Below, one piece after another: positions 18,041 through 27,876 of a stretch of 58,868 nt of DNA; positions within the stretch are counted from its first letter, which is position 1; each line of letters opens with the position of its first letter. A program made the position numbers and the translations under genes. The stretch is from IMG/VR virus record IMGVR_UViG_3300037010_000704, positions 1 to 58,868 of that record; one strand, 5' to 3'. The notes under the pieces are model-generated. The model was not told the DNA's origin, ran no database searches, and saw only the letters and a program-made list of their open reading frames with translations. The DNA comes from a virus (taxonomy: Duplodnaviria > Caudoviricetes).

Positions 18041-18160
18041 TCGGGGCTCTCCTGCGTAGGTGTGCGAAGTGCAGCGGTTTTCAAAATCATTGGTGACTAG
18101 GTGGGCGCGACCCCCTGGGGTAGATGTTCTGAGTTCATCGGCGTCTGACATCCATCTCTC

Positions 18161-18832
18161 CTATTTCACTTTCCAGATTTTACCCTGGTTCACCTTGGGA
18201 GCCTGCTGAACTCCAACAGGCTTGCCATTCGAATTGTAGACCATCACAAATAGGGGTCCGCTCTGACGCTGGAGGGTTTGGTTCCTGTATTTCCTGATGG
18301 CATCGAGTGCCTGGGTGTAGTCGGACTTCAACTTCACTTCGCGGACCCTGCCACCCGGCTGGTGGATGGGGATGAGGTTCTTCGGGGCATACTTGCTGTC
18401 GTCCAGGGTGAGCCTCCAATGCACGGCAGCCGTGACGACCTTGCTCTGCATCTCCCTGGCGAACTCAATGGGTAGGTCGAACTCGCTCTCCCACAGCTTG
18501 ACGGGCTCCTCGGTGAGGAACTCGGTGACGAAGGTCTCCGGGCTGAGGTTCTGGAAGGCTCCCAGGGCGGAGGCGTAGAGGGCCACGATGACCTCACGGG
18601 TGACCTTACGCTCCAGCATGAAGGCTGTGAGTTCGTCCAGGAGGGCCAAGACCCCCTTGTAGGCAATCTCTCGGGCTTCCTCGTCCACGTTCCCCTGGTA
18701 GGGGATCGTGAGGGTGAAGATGGGCACCTTGGTGCTGCCCAGGTCGAGGCTGATCTGAACGCACTGGGGCACGGCTGTGGAGACCATGACGGTCGCCGTT
18801 GCGGTAGTGGGTGTGACTGCGCTGGTCTTCAT
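18161..18832 (-). CDS. Hypothetical protein
   Basis: 223-aa ORF in the structural operon with GAGG SD. Confidence 0.75.
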   Translation of the reverse strand: MKTSAVTPTTATATVMVSTAVPQCVQISLDLGSTKVPIFTLTIPYQGNVDEEAREIAYKGVLALLDELTAFMLERKVTREVIVALYASALGAFQNLSPETFVTEFLTEEPVKLWESEFDLPIEFAREMQSKVVTAAVHWRLTLDDSKYAPKNLIPIHQPGGRVREVKLKSDYTQALDAIRKYRNQTLQRQSGPLFVMVYNSNGKPVGVQQAPKVNQGKIWKVK

Positions 18833-18841
18833 GCGGCCCTC

Positions 18842-20176
18842 TTATTCGAGATCGGAACCCACGAACTCGTCGCTCTTGATCTCCCAGACGCGATTGAGAC
18901 GGGGTGAGAGGATACCAGGACTGGGGAGTTTGTGTTCTGCGATCACCTGGAGGGTGACGCCGTAGGTGGTTACGCCATTGGGGTCTGGCTGCTGAGCGAG
19001 CACACTGGAGGGTGGGTATTGAATCCAGAGGTAGGGGCTCACCTTGTTGGCCGGGGCAGGGGTGGCTGGATCAGGCACCACATTGTCAAGGGAGCCGTAG
19101 GGCCTCACGCGAAGCTGGGCGGCTGCGGTCTGGGTGCTGATTGGAACGCCATCGTGGGTCATGGTGGTTCCTGTGGCGTCCTTCAAGGTGGCCACGCAGT
19201 AGTAGCGAGCACCGTCCAGGGACAGGTTGAAGTCCTGGGGGGTCACCAGAGTCTCCGTGTAGTTCAGGTGGAGGGTGGGGTCCACGCTGCCGAAAAGCTC
19301 CGTCACCACTCCAGCAAAACTCCTGAACCACTGGTAGTAGATCTTGAAGGGGGTCTTGTAGATGGATTGTAGGCCGGTATCAGGTGTCAGGGGGTTACGC
19401 CTGAGGAGGTTGAGCATGGGATCCCCTGGCTCAACCTCCTCCATGAGAACAAAGATGCGAAGCTCATCGAGGATCCCCCTGCCTGCGGAGTCCTTCGGGC
19501 CGACGAAGGCCCCAATGTTCTCGTCCAGGCCGAAGATGGTCGTCAGGTTGATGCCGACGTGGGCAGGCTTGGCCAAGTCGATGGCGTGGTAGAGGTCGTC
19601 GGTGAGGGCCTTGAGCCGGTAGGTCTCGGTGATGAGTTGGCCCTTGTTCTGCTCGGTGTAGGCCAGGGATTCACCACCAGCGTGAACGCTGATCTTCAGG
19701 GAGTTCCTGTCGGTCTCGTCGATACTCGGGGTGCCAATGAGCTTGAAGAGTTCCTCGATGTAGAAGGTCTCGCCCGTGTAGGCACTGATGACATCCGCGA
19801 TGGACTTGACCGTCGAGCCCTGGCGATAGGCATCCCGGAGGGCCAGGATCATCTTCTTGTAGTCGGTGTCCCACTGGGAGGTGCCGGGGTAGTTCTTGTT
19901 GATGTAGAGCAGATCAGCCATGCGCCGATGGGCATCCGCAGGTGTCAGGGCGGCAGGGTTCCGGGAGAGTAGGTCGTAGTGGAACCAGAACTCCAGGCGG
20001 GCCTGCTCACCTGCGACACCGCGAAGGGCTGTGCCGTAGAACGTGGAGTCCCACCCACCCCCATAGTAGTAGTTGGGCACGTTGGAGGTGAGGTTGGCGT
20101 AGACGGCGTCGCTATAGCGGAGCATCTCTAGGGGATGCCGCTCATAGTGAATGTCGGGGTGGATGTGGTTCGCCAT
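18842..20176 (-). CDS. Baseplate wedge protein (P2 gpI/Mu gp48-like N-terminus)
   Basis: Follows the J-like gene; YKKMILAL...GST..I.DVI...DLAKPAHV motif typical of gpI-like wedge proteins. Confidence 0.65.
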   Translation of the reverse strand: MANHIHPDIHYERHPLEMLRYSDAVYANLTSNVPNYYYGGGWDSTFYGTALRGVAGEQARLEFWFHYDLLSRNPAALTPADAHRRMADLLYINKNYPGTSQWDTDYKKMILALRDAYRQGSTVKSIADVISAYTGETFYIEELFKLIGTPSIDETDRNSLKISVHAGGESLAYTEQNKGQLITETYRLKALTDDLYHAIDLAKPAHVGINLTTIFGLDENIGAFVGPKDSAGRGILDELRIFVLMEEVEPGDPMLNLLRRNPLTPDTGLQSIYKTPFKIYYQWFRSFAGVVTELFGSVDPTLHLNYTETLVTPQDFNLSLDGARYYCVATLKDATGTTMTHDGVPISTQTAAAQLRVRPYGSLDNVVPDPATPAPANKVSPYLWIQYPPSSVLAQQPDPNGVTTYGVTLQVIAEHKLPSPGILSPRLNRVWEIKSDEFVGSDLE

Positions 20177-20177
20177 C

Positions 20178-23100
20178 TTACCTGACCGTATTTCCGTATA
20201 CGTATTCAATCAGGATCTTTCCGGGCTTCACATACTCAGTCGGGCTCAGAGTGAGATCCTGTGCTCCGCCCTCGCCGAAAATCTGGTAGGTGACCCGGAA
20301 GGGGTAGCCGGTGGGGTTGGTGATCGTGGCCTTGGGGGCGATAATCACTTTCCTGTAGTGCTTGTATTCAATGGGGTTGCTCGGGGATCCGAAGTAGTCG
20401 TTGGTCCCGATGATGTAGAAGGTCGGGGAGTCGTAGGCGGCCATGTCTCGCATACTCCTGGCCCGCTTGAGCATCTCCCCTTCGTAGGTCAGCGAGATAC
20501 TGGCGTCGGGCAGGCCCCCTGATGGTAGCGTCGGGAACTGCAAGACCGGGTTGGTCGTGACGAAGACGTGGTCACTGAACCCAAAGGTGCTCCAGTTCGG
20601 GACCGTGCTGGCAAGCTGCCATGGCGTCCCCGCAGGGATCAGGGAGCCGACTTCATAAGCCCCATCCGCCTTGGCGAAGCGGGTCAGGGGAACCACGATG
20701 GAGCGGACGCCCCGGATAGCCTTGATCTGCCGGATCACCTCAGCTTGAGATAGCCTGCCGCTGGCCTGATCCAGGACCATCCCGATGACGGTGCGAACCT
20801 TGGGGTCCACGATCTCCGGGGAGGCCGCAGCATCGAGCTCGATGGTCATCGTGATGTCCACGGCGTTGCCCATCATGGTCTTCACCAGAATATCGGCTGC
20901 GGCGTGACGCACGTCCTGGATTCGCTGGCTGACCGTGGCGACGTAGCTGGGGTATTGAGTGGTGAAAGTGAAGCTCTCCAGGCGGTAATAGGAGACCAAG
21001 ACGGTGTCCCCATCCCCGATGATCGAGCCGGTGGTGGAGGTGCTACCGGACCCCGAGGAGGTGACGGAGGCCCTAGCGAGGGAGACCCGACCGGAGGCGG
21101 CGTCATTGGTGAGGATGTAATCGCGGCCCTCGACGGCGAGGCGCTTGGTCACACCATCGGAGACAAGAACCCGGATGTAGCGGCCACCCCATGGCACAAT
21201 CGGACGTGCCCCAGGGATGGGCTCAAAATACTGATCGGAACCGTCAGAGAGCAGGGTGTGGCCGTGGGACCAGGGAGTCCACACGTCGAGCAGGATGCCA
21301 CTGTCGGGGAGGACGGTGGGAGCCGTGCCAACCAGGGTCACCTCGGCGTCGATGACGGGGACGATCCGCTCGTAGAGCTTGTAGCGATTGTAGGTGACGA
21401 CGACCTCACGGTCCAGGGGGATTGTGCTGGTGGCTGTCCGCTTGATGGAGAAGACACCGTAGCGGCCCGTCTTGATAACCACGTAGTCCACCCCGGCCAC
21501 GTAGAGGGTCAGGCCGATGACATCAGAGGTTCCAGTCTGGGGCTGACCGACAACCGTCAGGAGGCCCACGGGCTTCCCGTCGCTGCCGATGCTGACATCC
21601 ATGCCCTCGTCGAGCACGATGGTGTCCGGGCCATCTGTGATGAATGTGATGGTCTTCTGGATGAGTTCCAGCGAGTTGTCGAGCACGACGGTGTCACCAG
21701 CCCGTTGGGAGAACCCCTCCAACAGGGGGCTGCTGGACTGCACGATGCGGTAGGATGCTGAGGGGAGCAGGCCCGTGAAGGCAACCGGAGAGGGATCTGT
21801 AGCGGTCCCATTTTCGTAGGTGCCGGATTCCCCTGTGATAGAGAACACACGGGTGACAGGCTGGGCGGAGGGCACCAGGGAGATTCCCGATGCGAGGCGG
21901 AGGAAGCCGAGGGCCGGGGTGGGGTTTGTCGACAGGGCACCGAAGGCCACGGAGTTCGGGATGCTCTGGCCATTCGCACCCACGTTATCAATGGGGCGAC
22001 CATCGAGGGTCCGCAGCTTGTAGGAAGGCTCTGAGGGGTCCAGGGTGATGATGTAGTTCCCGTTGGCAGCCTGGAATGCCGTGGCGTTCTTGGTGCCTAG
22101 GTAGAACTGACGACCGCTACCCTGATCCACGTAGATTTCACCCACACCAATGATGGGGGCGGTGATCCGGGCTAGGTCGGCTGTGTCAACCGTGAGTTGC
22201 AGGGCGGATGCGTTATAGACCCGGAGCTTGACGTAGGTAGCCGAGAAGCCCTGTGTGCCTGTTCCCTCGTAGGTGTAGGGTTTGACTTCACTGTTCTGGG
22301 AGAACGACCGGCCACGGACATAGACATCGGCACATCCGTAGACATGCTTACCGGGATAGGGGATCCAATCGCGGAGCATCTCGTCATCACCGCTGGCGAC
22401 CACACGAGCCTCGACGACGCCAGGGGTGCTCCGGGCAATACCCAGCAGGCCCTTGCGGGTTCCCGTGTCCACACCGACGATGGTGCGGTCCTGGATGCGG
22501 GCGGCGTAGCGAATGTTGGTCTCAATGTCCTGGCCGTAGTCGGCACTGAAGTTGTTGACCACCTGCCAAGGGGTGGGGATACCCGAGATGGCCCTGCGAA
22601 TCGACCCCGCACCCGCAGAGTTTCCGATGGAGCCAGCGATGTCGCACTCGGCAGGGAGGGTGACTTCCCAGCGGTTCAACTGGGGGTTGTAGTAGGCGTC
22701 GATGTTGGCGGGGTCCACAACGGCGGATCCCAGCAGGGTGAAGGTTAGGGCGGGGGTCGCGTCATCCGTGGCAGTCCCGACCTGGGCACCTTTCAGGAAC
22801 TCCTGACGGGTTGTGGGTCGGATGGTGGTGTAGATGGTCTCTTCCACGATGGCGGCCTCAGCTCCACCACGGGGAATACCTGCCTGCTCACCCAGGACAT
22901 CGAACTGCCGGTCAATCAATGTCTGAAGCGCGGATTCATCCAGGCCAAAGGCCCGCTGGAGGATCTGCTTGGTGACGGAGTCGGCCACGGGATCGCTTAT
23001 GCCATCCCCGTCTGCATCATCGAGTTGGGACAGGGCGGAAATGGATGAGGACACACGGGCGAACCACTCACGCACACTGGAATTGGCGAGTTCGATGGCC

Positions 23101-24089
23101 ACGGGGTCCACGAAGAGGTCGCGGAGTTCCGTCCGTGGGGAAAGGTCCAGGTCAGGGTAGAGATTCGTTATGTTCGAGATCAGGCGACCCGCGATGTCAC
23201 TCTGCTGCTGCATCGCCAGGAAGTCTGAAGGGTTCACCTTGCGGAGATCGACGTAGCCGCACTGGATAGGGCCAATCTGCTCAGACTCATAGACATGGTT
23301 GGTGGCTGCGTCAAGTATGACCGTGGAGAGGGCGACATAGAAGACATCACTTCCCACGTAGCTCCGGGGAATGTCGATTGACGAGATGTTGATCTTGTCC
23401 TGGGTCTCCGTAATCGTCGTTGTTTTCGTGTAGGCGGAAAGGGTAGTCTCCGTGGCGGTCTCGATGACCTCCGTAGCCACCCGGTTGACGACCTTCACTA
23501 GGCCCCCGTATTGCACGTATGGGTCGTTGACTCCCGAGGGATCCGTTGAGATGACGACACGAACGCCCATGAGGCCCTCGTCGTCCGGGGTATTCCATTC
23601 CACACGACACACATCCCGCTGTCGGAGCACATTGATGCCCGCAGGGGGGATGGCCCGGTAACCCTGGATGGGGTCTGCGGCGATCAGGGTTACCGTGGTG
23701 GCCGGGGAGGTCAGAATGACGTCCGGCACGGGGCCGACGAAGACCCCACCGGGGCGGGTCAGGGAGTCCTGGCCGGAGAAGGACACGCGATGAGCACCAC
23801 GTAGAGCCGGGATAGGCACGAAGCCTGTAACGGTGCAGTAGCCGGGATTACCGGGGGTGGGAGCCACCGTCGTGGCATTCACACCCTCCTCGACAGCAAA
23901 GGTGTATTGCTCCCCGGTATCAGGGAAGTCCACGTTAAATGACTTCATCGTCTTGATGGACCCATCCACGGCAACGAAGGGCATCAGGTTCAACGTGAAC
24001 GAGAACGTCTCGGCATCAGTTGAGAAGGTGTCTGCCGTGATGGCGGGGTCAACCAGGATCGGGCGGGGGAATGAGATGATGGTAGTCAT
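20178..24089 (-). CDS. Large baseplate wedge protein, gpJ/T4 gp6-like
   Basis: DLSPRTELRDLFVDP, C..AGSIGN, GQDIETNIRYAARI, PGVVEARVV...G.ADVYV are hallmarks of the baseplate-J domain; 1303 aa. Confidence 0.8.
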   Translation of the reverse strand: MTTIISFPRPILVDPAITADTFSTDAETFSFTLNLMPFVAVDGSIKTMKSFNVDFPDTGEQYTFAVEEGVNATTVAPTPGNPGYCTVTGFVPIPALRGAHRVSFSGQDSLTRPGGVFVGPVPDVILTSPATTVTLIAADPIQGYRAIPPAGINVLRQRDVCRVEWNTPDDEGLMGVRVVISTDPSGVNDPYVQYGGLVKVVNRVATEVIETATETTLSAYTKTTTITETQDKINISSIDIPRSYVGSDVFYVALSTVILDAATNHVYESEQIGPIQCGYVDLRKVNPSDFLAMQQQSDIAGRLISNITNLYPDLDLSPRTELRDLFVDPVAIELANSSVREWFARVSSSISALSQLDDADGDGISDPVADSVTKQILQRAFGLDESALQTLIDRQFDVLGEQAGIPRGGAEAAIVEETIYTTIRPTTRQEFLKGAQVGTATDDATPALTFTLLGSAVVDPANIDAYYNPQLNRWEVTLPAECDIAGSIGNSAGAGSIRRAISGIPTPWQVVNNFSADYGQDIETNIRYAARIQDRTIVGVDTGTRKGLLGIARSTPGVVEARVVASGDDEMLRDWIPYPGKHVYGCADVYVRGRSFSQNSEVKPYTYEGTGTQGFSATYVKLRVYNASALQLTVDTADLARITAPIIGVGEIYVDQGSGRQFYLGTKNATAFQAANGNYIITLDPSEPSYKLRTLDGRPIDNVGANGQSIPNSVAFGALSTNPTPALGFLRLASGISLVPSAQPVTRVFSITGESGTYENGTATDPSPVAFTGLLPSASYRIVQSSSPLLEGFSQRAGDTVVLDNSLELIQKTITFITDGPDTIVLDEGMDVSIGSDGKPVGLLTVVGQPQTGTSDVIGLTLYVAGVDYVVIKTGRYGVFSIKRTATSTIPLDREVVVTYNRYKLYERIVPVIDAEVTLVGTAPTVLPDSGILLDVWTPWSHGHTLLSDGSDQYFEPIPGARPIVPWGGRYIRVLVSDGVTKRLAVEGRDYILTNDAASGRVSLARASVTSSGSGSTSTTGSIIGDGDTVLVSYYRLESFTFTTQYPSYVATVSQRIQDVRHAAADILVKTMMGNAVDITMTIELDAAASPEIVDPKVRTVIGMVLDQASGRLSQAEVIRQIKAIRGVRSIVVPLTRFAKADGAYEVGSLIPAGTPWQLASTVPNWSTFGFSDHVFVTTNPVLQFPTLPSGGLPDASISLTYEGEMLKRARSMRDMAAYDSPTFYIIGTNDYFGSPSNPIEYKHYRKVIIAPKATITNPTGYPFRVTYQIFGEGGAQDLTLSPTEYVKPGKILIEYVYGNTVR

Positions 24090-24844
24090 TAGGTTCGAAT
24101 CCTCATGCCAAATGCAAGCTCAGTGCTGGTTCCCTTGTAGCCCGAGATATTCAATGCGACGTAAACCATGGTGGGGTCATTCTGGTCCAGGTTCACTTCC
24201 ACACCATCAATGGAGCGAAGGGTTTCCTCGGGGTCCAATTTCTGGACCTGGGCCTGATACTGCTGAACGGCCCGCAGGCGGTCTAGGGCACTCCCGGCTT
24301 CCACGGCGATGTCATCCTCAGTGAGGCTCAGGCCGAACTTGGCCCCAACGAAATCCCGTAGACGGCAGGTGAGGTTGGGGTAGAAGTTGCACTGGGATGT
24401 TAGGAGGAACTTGAGGCCCCGCTGGGCCAGTTTCTTCTTGCGAATCACCCGACGTAGGGTGTTCAGTGGGGTGATCTGGAAGTCGTTCAGAACACCCTTC
24501 CCACCACACTTGAAGCAGTAAGAGGGGGTCGACTGGTATTCGACTTCAATGAGGTGGGACAGACGGCGGACTGGACGGGTGAAAACCACCTTCATCTTCT
24601 TCTCCGGTGGGACGGAGAGTTCATCGTCCATGAGTTCCCAGCCGTAGATAGGGTGGTCCTTGGGGACGAGGATACCGTCAACCCTCAGCCGGGTGAGGCT
24701 CTTGGCATTGATGGGGCCACGGAGGCGCATGGAGGGGTCGGCGACGGAGTGGAGGGTGCGACCATCTTGGGCGTGGACAAAGAGCCTCTCCCGAACCAAG
24801 TAGTGGTCACAGGCGAATCCGAGGGTGTCGAAGTCGTAGCTCAT
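24089..24844 (-). CDS. gp25/gpW-like baseplate protein with N-terminal extension and CxxC
   Basis: KKLAQ..LKFLLT...FYPN...ETLRSIDGVEV..DPT.VYV is gp25-like; directly upstream of the J-like gene. Confidence 0.65.
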   Translation of the reverse strand: MSYDFDTLGFACDHYLVRERLFVHAQDGRTLHSVADPSMRLRGPINAKSLTRLRVDGILVPKDHPIYGWELMDDELSVPPEKKMKVVFTRPVRRLSHLIEVEYQSTPSYCFKCGGKGVLNDFQITPLNTLRRVIRKKKLAQRGLKFLLTSQCNFYPNLTCRLRDFVGAKFGLSLTEDDIAVEAGSALDRLRAVQQYQAQVQKLDPEETLRSIDGVEVNLDQNDPTMVYVALNISGYKGTSTELAFGMRIRT

Positions 24845-25437
24845 GTGTAGGTATCGTGGCTAAAGAGTTTGAGTTCCCAGTCGGTCGGGTCTTCCAGGGG
24901 GTTTACCCGGACTTCATGCTCTGGGTCAGAGATGTCCCTGACTAGGGTGTTGGCGTATTTGTCCTCGGTGAACATGCGGTCGAGGTCTGACTTACGCTTG
25001 CCGACCCGATCAGTGGCTTCCCTAGCGTATTGGGCATTGTCTTCGCTGGTCTCCACAATGGTCCGTAGGAGATCCATGAAGAACACACCCTCATCGTCCA
25101 ACTGGAGTTGATGCAGGAAGACACCCTTGATGTCCTCGACGGCCTCACTGGGCTCCAGGTCAGGGTGGTTCAGGGGGGTGAAATGACCATCAGGTCCAGG
25201 CTTCCAGACATCCTTCTGGAAGAAGGGCTTTAGGCCTTCACGCTTCTCCTTGTAGAACTCCTCCAGGATGCCCCCAGTCTTGCGGAGCACCTGAGCGCGA
25301 ATCCTCCAGAACTCCTCGATCTTGGGGAAGCGATCCGTGCGGGCGTCGATCCACTTGTAGAAAGTCTCCTTCTGCTTCTCCCCGAAATTACCCAGGAAGT
25401 TGAAGGGACGACGTTCCTTGAAATCGAGCTTTGGCAC
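24841..25437 (-). CDS. Hypothetical (baseplate operon) protein
   Basis: 198 aa, GTG start with GAGGAG SD; ATGA overlap. Confidence 0.75.
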   Translation of the reverse strand: MPKLDFKERRPFNFLGNFGEKQKETFYKWIDARTDRFPKIEEFWRIRAQVLRKTGGILEEFYKEKREGLKPFFQKDVWKPGPDGHFTPLNHPDLEPSEAVEDIKGVFLHQLQLDDEGVFFMDLLRTIVETSEDNAQYAREATDRVGKRKSDLDRMFTEDKYANTLVRDISDPEHEVRVNPLEDPTDWELKLFSHDTYT

Positions 25438-25487
25438 CTAATGACTCCTCACAGAAGGAGTTCAGAACCACTCCCCGTCTTTCTACT

Positions 25488-26213
25488 CTACCGCAGATGA
25501 GGGCTGTACAGCATCCACAGATCAAGCACATGCTGAGGTGGATCTAACAACTGGATCATCCGGTTGAGGGTTGGGCGGTCGGGAATGTGGTAGCCGTAGT
25601 TCAGAATATAGCGGGTCACTCGATTGATCTTCTCTCGGCGGAAGCACTGCATATCAGTCATCCACGTCAGAGTGCGGGCAGCGACATCCTCCTCGAAGCC
25701 TGGGGGGATGTGGGTGTTCAGCACTTCCGTGCGGCCATCCCTGGTGACCCGAAAATCCATGGCGGCACGGCATACCCGGAAGTCGATGTAATTCACGACC
25801 GTGGGGACGAAGCGAGGGTAGAACACGTTGCCCCGGTAGTCTGTGGAGAAGAATCCAACCAGACTTACGGGGATGCCGTTGGCCCGCCCGATAGGGCCGG
25901 GTTTACGGAACAGGAAGACGTCCTTCCCATAGACGCTCCCCAAGTAGCTCCAACATGCGTCCATGGCATCTTGGATGCAGGTCAGCTTGCGGATCTCGGC
26001 GGATGATGGAGCCCCGAAGTGGATGGCATTGGGGGAGGGATCTGGGGTGTCGGTCCCCTGTATAGCGACGTCATAGTCAGCGGGGATTCTACCCTCTAAG
26101 AAGGCCCTGAAGGCCCCCCCGTAGATGACATATTCCCCCTCTGGGAGCATTGGGGTGATTGCGGAGACCCCCGCAATCACCTTCTCAATGCTGTGGTCCA
26201 GTTGAATCGACAT
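25488..26213 (-). CDS. Minimal class-II (poly(A) polymerase/tRNA-NTase head-like) nucleotidyltransferase
   Basis: IYGGAFRAFLEG..PADYDV (GG..R...DxD), IDFRVCRAA (DF motif), FEEDVAARTL, RVTRY...GY. Confidence 0.65.
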   Translation of the reverse strand: MSIQLDHSIEKVIAGVSAITPMLPEGEYVIYGGAFRAFLEGRIPADYDVAIQGTDTPDPSPNAIHFGAPSSAEIRKLTCIQDAMDACWSYLGSVYGKDVFLFRKPGPIGRANGIPVSLVGFFSTDYRGNVFYPRFVPTVVNYIDFRVCRAAMDFRVTRDGRTEVLNTHIPPGFEEDVAARTLTWMTDMQCFRREKINRVTRYILNYGYHIPDRPTLNRMIQLLDPPQHVLDLWMLYSPHLR

Positions 26214-26221
26214 CTGGCCTA

Positions 26222-27859
26222 CTATCCGTTACTGGCGCATCTATCGTAACCACAACTACCGTCATAACCACATCCCACAGCCGGTTCGGTCCAGGTAAGC
26301 TGGTGAAGCATGAAACCTGCTTTTGTGTTGTCGTCGAGAGAATGTCCCTGTGGCACCATACCCAGAACAAGCGTGTGGGCTCCGGGATCGATGGGTGGCA
26401 GAACCCAACTGAAGTTGCTTGACCGTGCCAAGGCTACCCCGTCCAGGGCCAGCATGAGTTCCATGTTGGCTACGGGCTCGTAGAGTCCGTAGCCCGCGGT
26501 CTCGATGGTCAGGGTGGCCCCGAATAGGACGGTCCCTACGGCCATAGAGAGTTTTGAGCTACTCATGAACCAGGTGTTAATGACGGGCGTGGCTCCAGCG
26601 GCTCCGAAGTTCCAACGCACCAGTGTGGGCATCCAAAGTTCATTCGTGATCGAGCCGGAGGTGGAGTTGCCAGCGGCGTCCGTGACAGTGCCAGCAATGG
26701 TGATGCTGCCCTTGGCTCCAGCCGCTAGGCTGAACACGCCGGAGGGGAAACCCACCAAGTCCAGAAGGAGGGGCCAGGACGAGGAGGTTCCCCCGACCCA
26801 CCCACTCTGATCGGTGTTGGGGACAGGGGTTAGGTTGACCGTAAAGTTTGAAACGTTGGTTTTGCCAGCGAGGTTACAGGTGACGGTGAAGTAGCCCTTG
26901 GCTACCCCGGACTGCACATCCAGGGCGCTGAAGCCGATGGGTACTTTCGTACCCATCCAGTACGATACACTTCCACTCCATGTAAGACCCATCCAGATCT
27001 TTAGGTTGACGGGGCCAGTGGTGTCCGCCGCAGGACTGACTTTGATGGGAACTACCCCATCGGTGGAGAACCGATCACTGTGCAAGACTTCGCCATCCAT
27101 GTAGGAAGCCGTCGCTGACAGCGTGGTGCTCAGCGTGTAGGAGCCTGCCGCAGCGGGTGAAGTCCCTGACACCTGCCAGCCAATGAGGTTTCCGTTCTGG
27201 ATGATCTGGGTCACCGTGGGAAGCTGGGACATACCAGATACGTCGAAGCTGAAGCTGATGCTATCACCAATGAGATCTGAGGAAAACACGGGGTTGATGT
27301 AGACGGAGAAGGTGTAGGGTGTCGAGGGGGGCAACGACGCAGGCGTGATAGCCGAGATGTTGATGGTGGGCATCTTGAAGGGCCGCACGGCGAACAGGAG
27401 CGGCGTGGTGTCCTGGCAGGTGTCCATCTCCGAGCCGAACATGACCCCACCGTTGGTGTTGACCACAGGGAGGCAGGATAGGGACATCCCGAACTCAGAG
27501 AAAATGGAGTTCCCGTTGGTATCAGTGCCACTGCTGAGTGACCCACCATTGTAGTTGACGGCAATGCGCCATTCAGAGTTGGCGACCTTGGCGGCAGAGG
27601 CGCTCAGACTTGCGGCTGCTGAGGGGCTCTCCTTGATGTAGGCAGATCCGGTGAGCACAAGATGGGCAGAAGTCAGGGAGACCTGCGGACCTTGGGTTGG
27701 CCCAAACGTCCCCGGCCACTGGGTTGAGTTGTCACCCATGGGCATGGCGGCTGCCCGCCATGTCGCCCCCGCGAAGGGGGTAGGCAGGGTCATGTATGCT
27801 ACTCCGGGCTTACCCTCCATAAGGGGGAGGATGAAGGGATGATTGGCACCAGTTGGCAT
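26222..27859 (-). CDS. Ser/Thr/Gly-rich beta-sandwich virion protein (fibre/appendage)
   Basis: 545 aa, Ig-like strands (TVTDAAGNSTS); next to the giant Ig protein. Confidence 0.55.
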   Translation of the reverse strand: MPTGANHPFILPLMEGKPGVAYMTLPTPFAGATWRAAAMPMGDNSTQWPGTFGPTQGPQVSLTSAHLVLTGSAYIKESPSAAASLSASAAKVANSEWRIAVNYNGGSLSSGTDTNGNSIFSEFGMSLSCLPVVNTNGGVMFGSEMDTCQDTTPLLFAVRPFKMPTINISAITPASLPPSTPYTFSVYINPVFSSDLIGDSISFSFDVSGMSQLPTVTQIIQNGNLIGWQVSGTSPAAAGSYTLSTTLSATASYMDGEVLHSDRFSTDGVVPIKVSPAADTTGPVNLKIWMGLTWSGSVSYWMGTKVPIGFSALDVQSGVAKGYFTVTCNLAGKTNVSNFTVNLTPVPNTDQSGWVGGTSSSWPLLLDLVGFPSGVFSLAAGAKGSITIAGTVTDAAGNSTSGSITNELWMPTLVRWNFGAAGATPVINTWFMSSSKLSMAVGTVLFGATLTIETAGYGLYEPVANMELMLALDGVALARSSNFSWVLPPIDPGAHTLVLGMVPQGHSLDDNTKAGFMLHQLTWTEPAVGCGYDGSCGYDRCASNG

Positions 27860-27876
27860 ATCTAGTCCTTACACGA

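Noticed and set aside
12466-18832. Recurring KxA/TA(A) peptides as prohead-protease cleavage sites in hypothetical proteins
   Set aside because: Too short and too common in Ala-rich proteins to support without proteomics.
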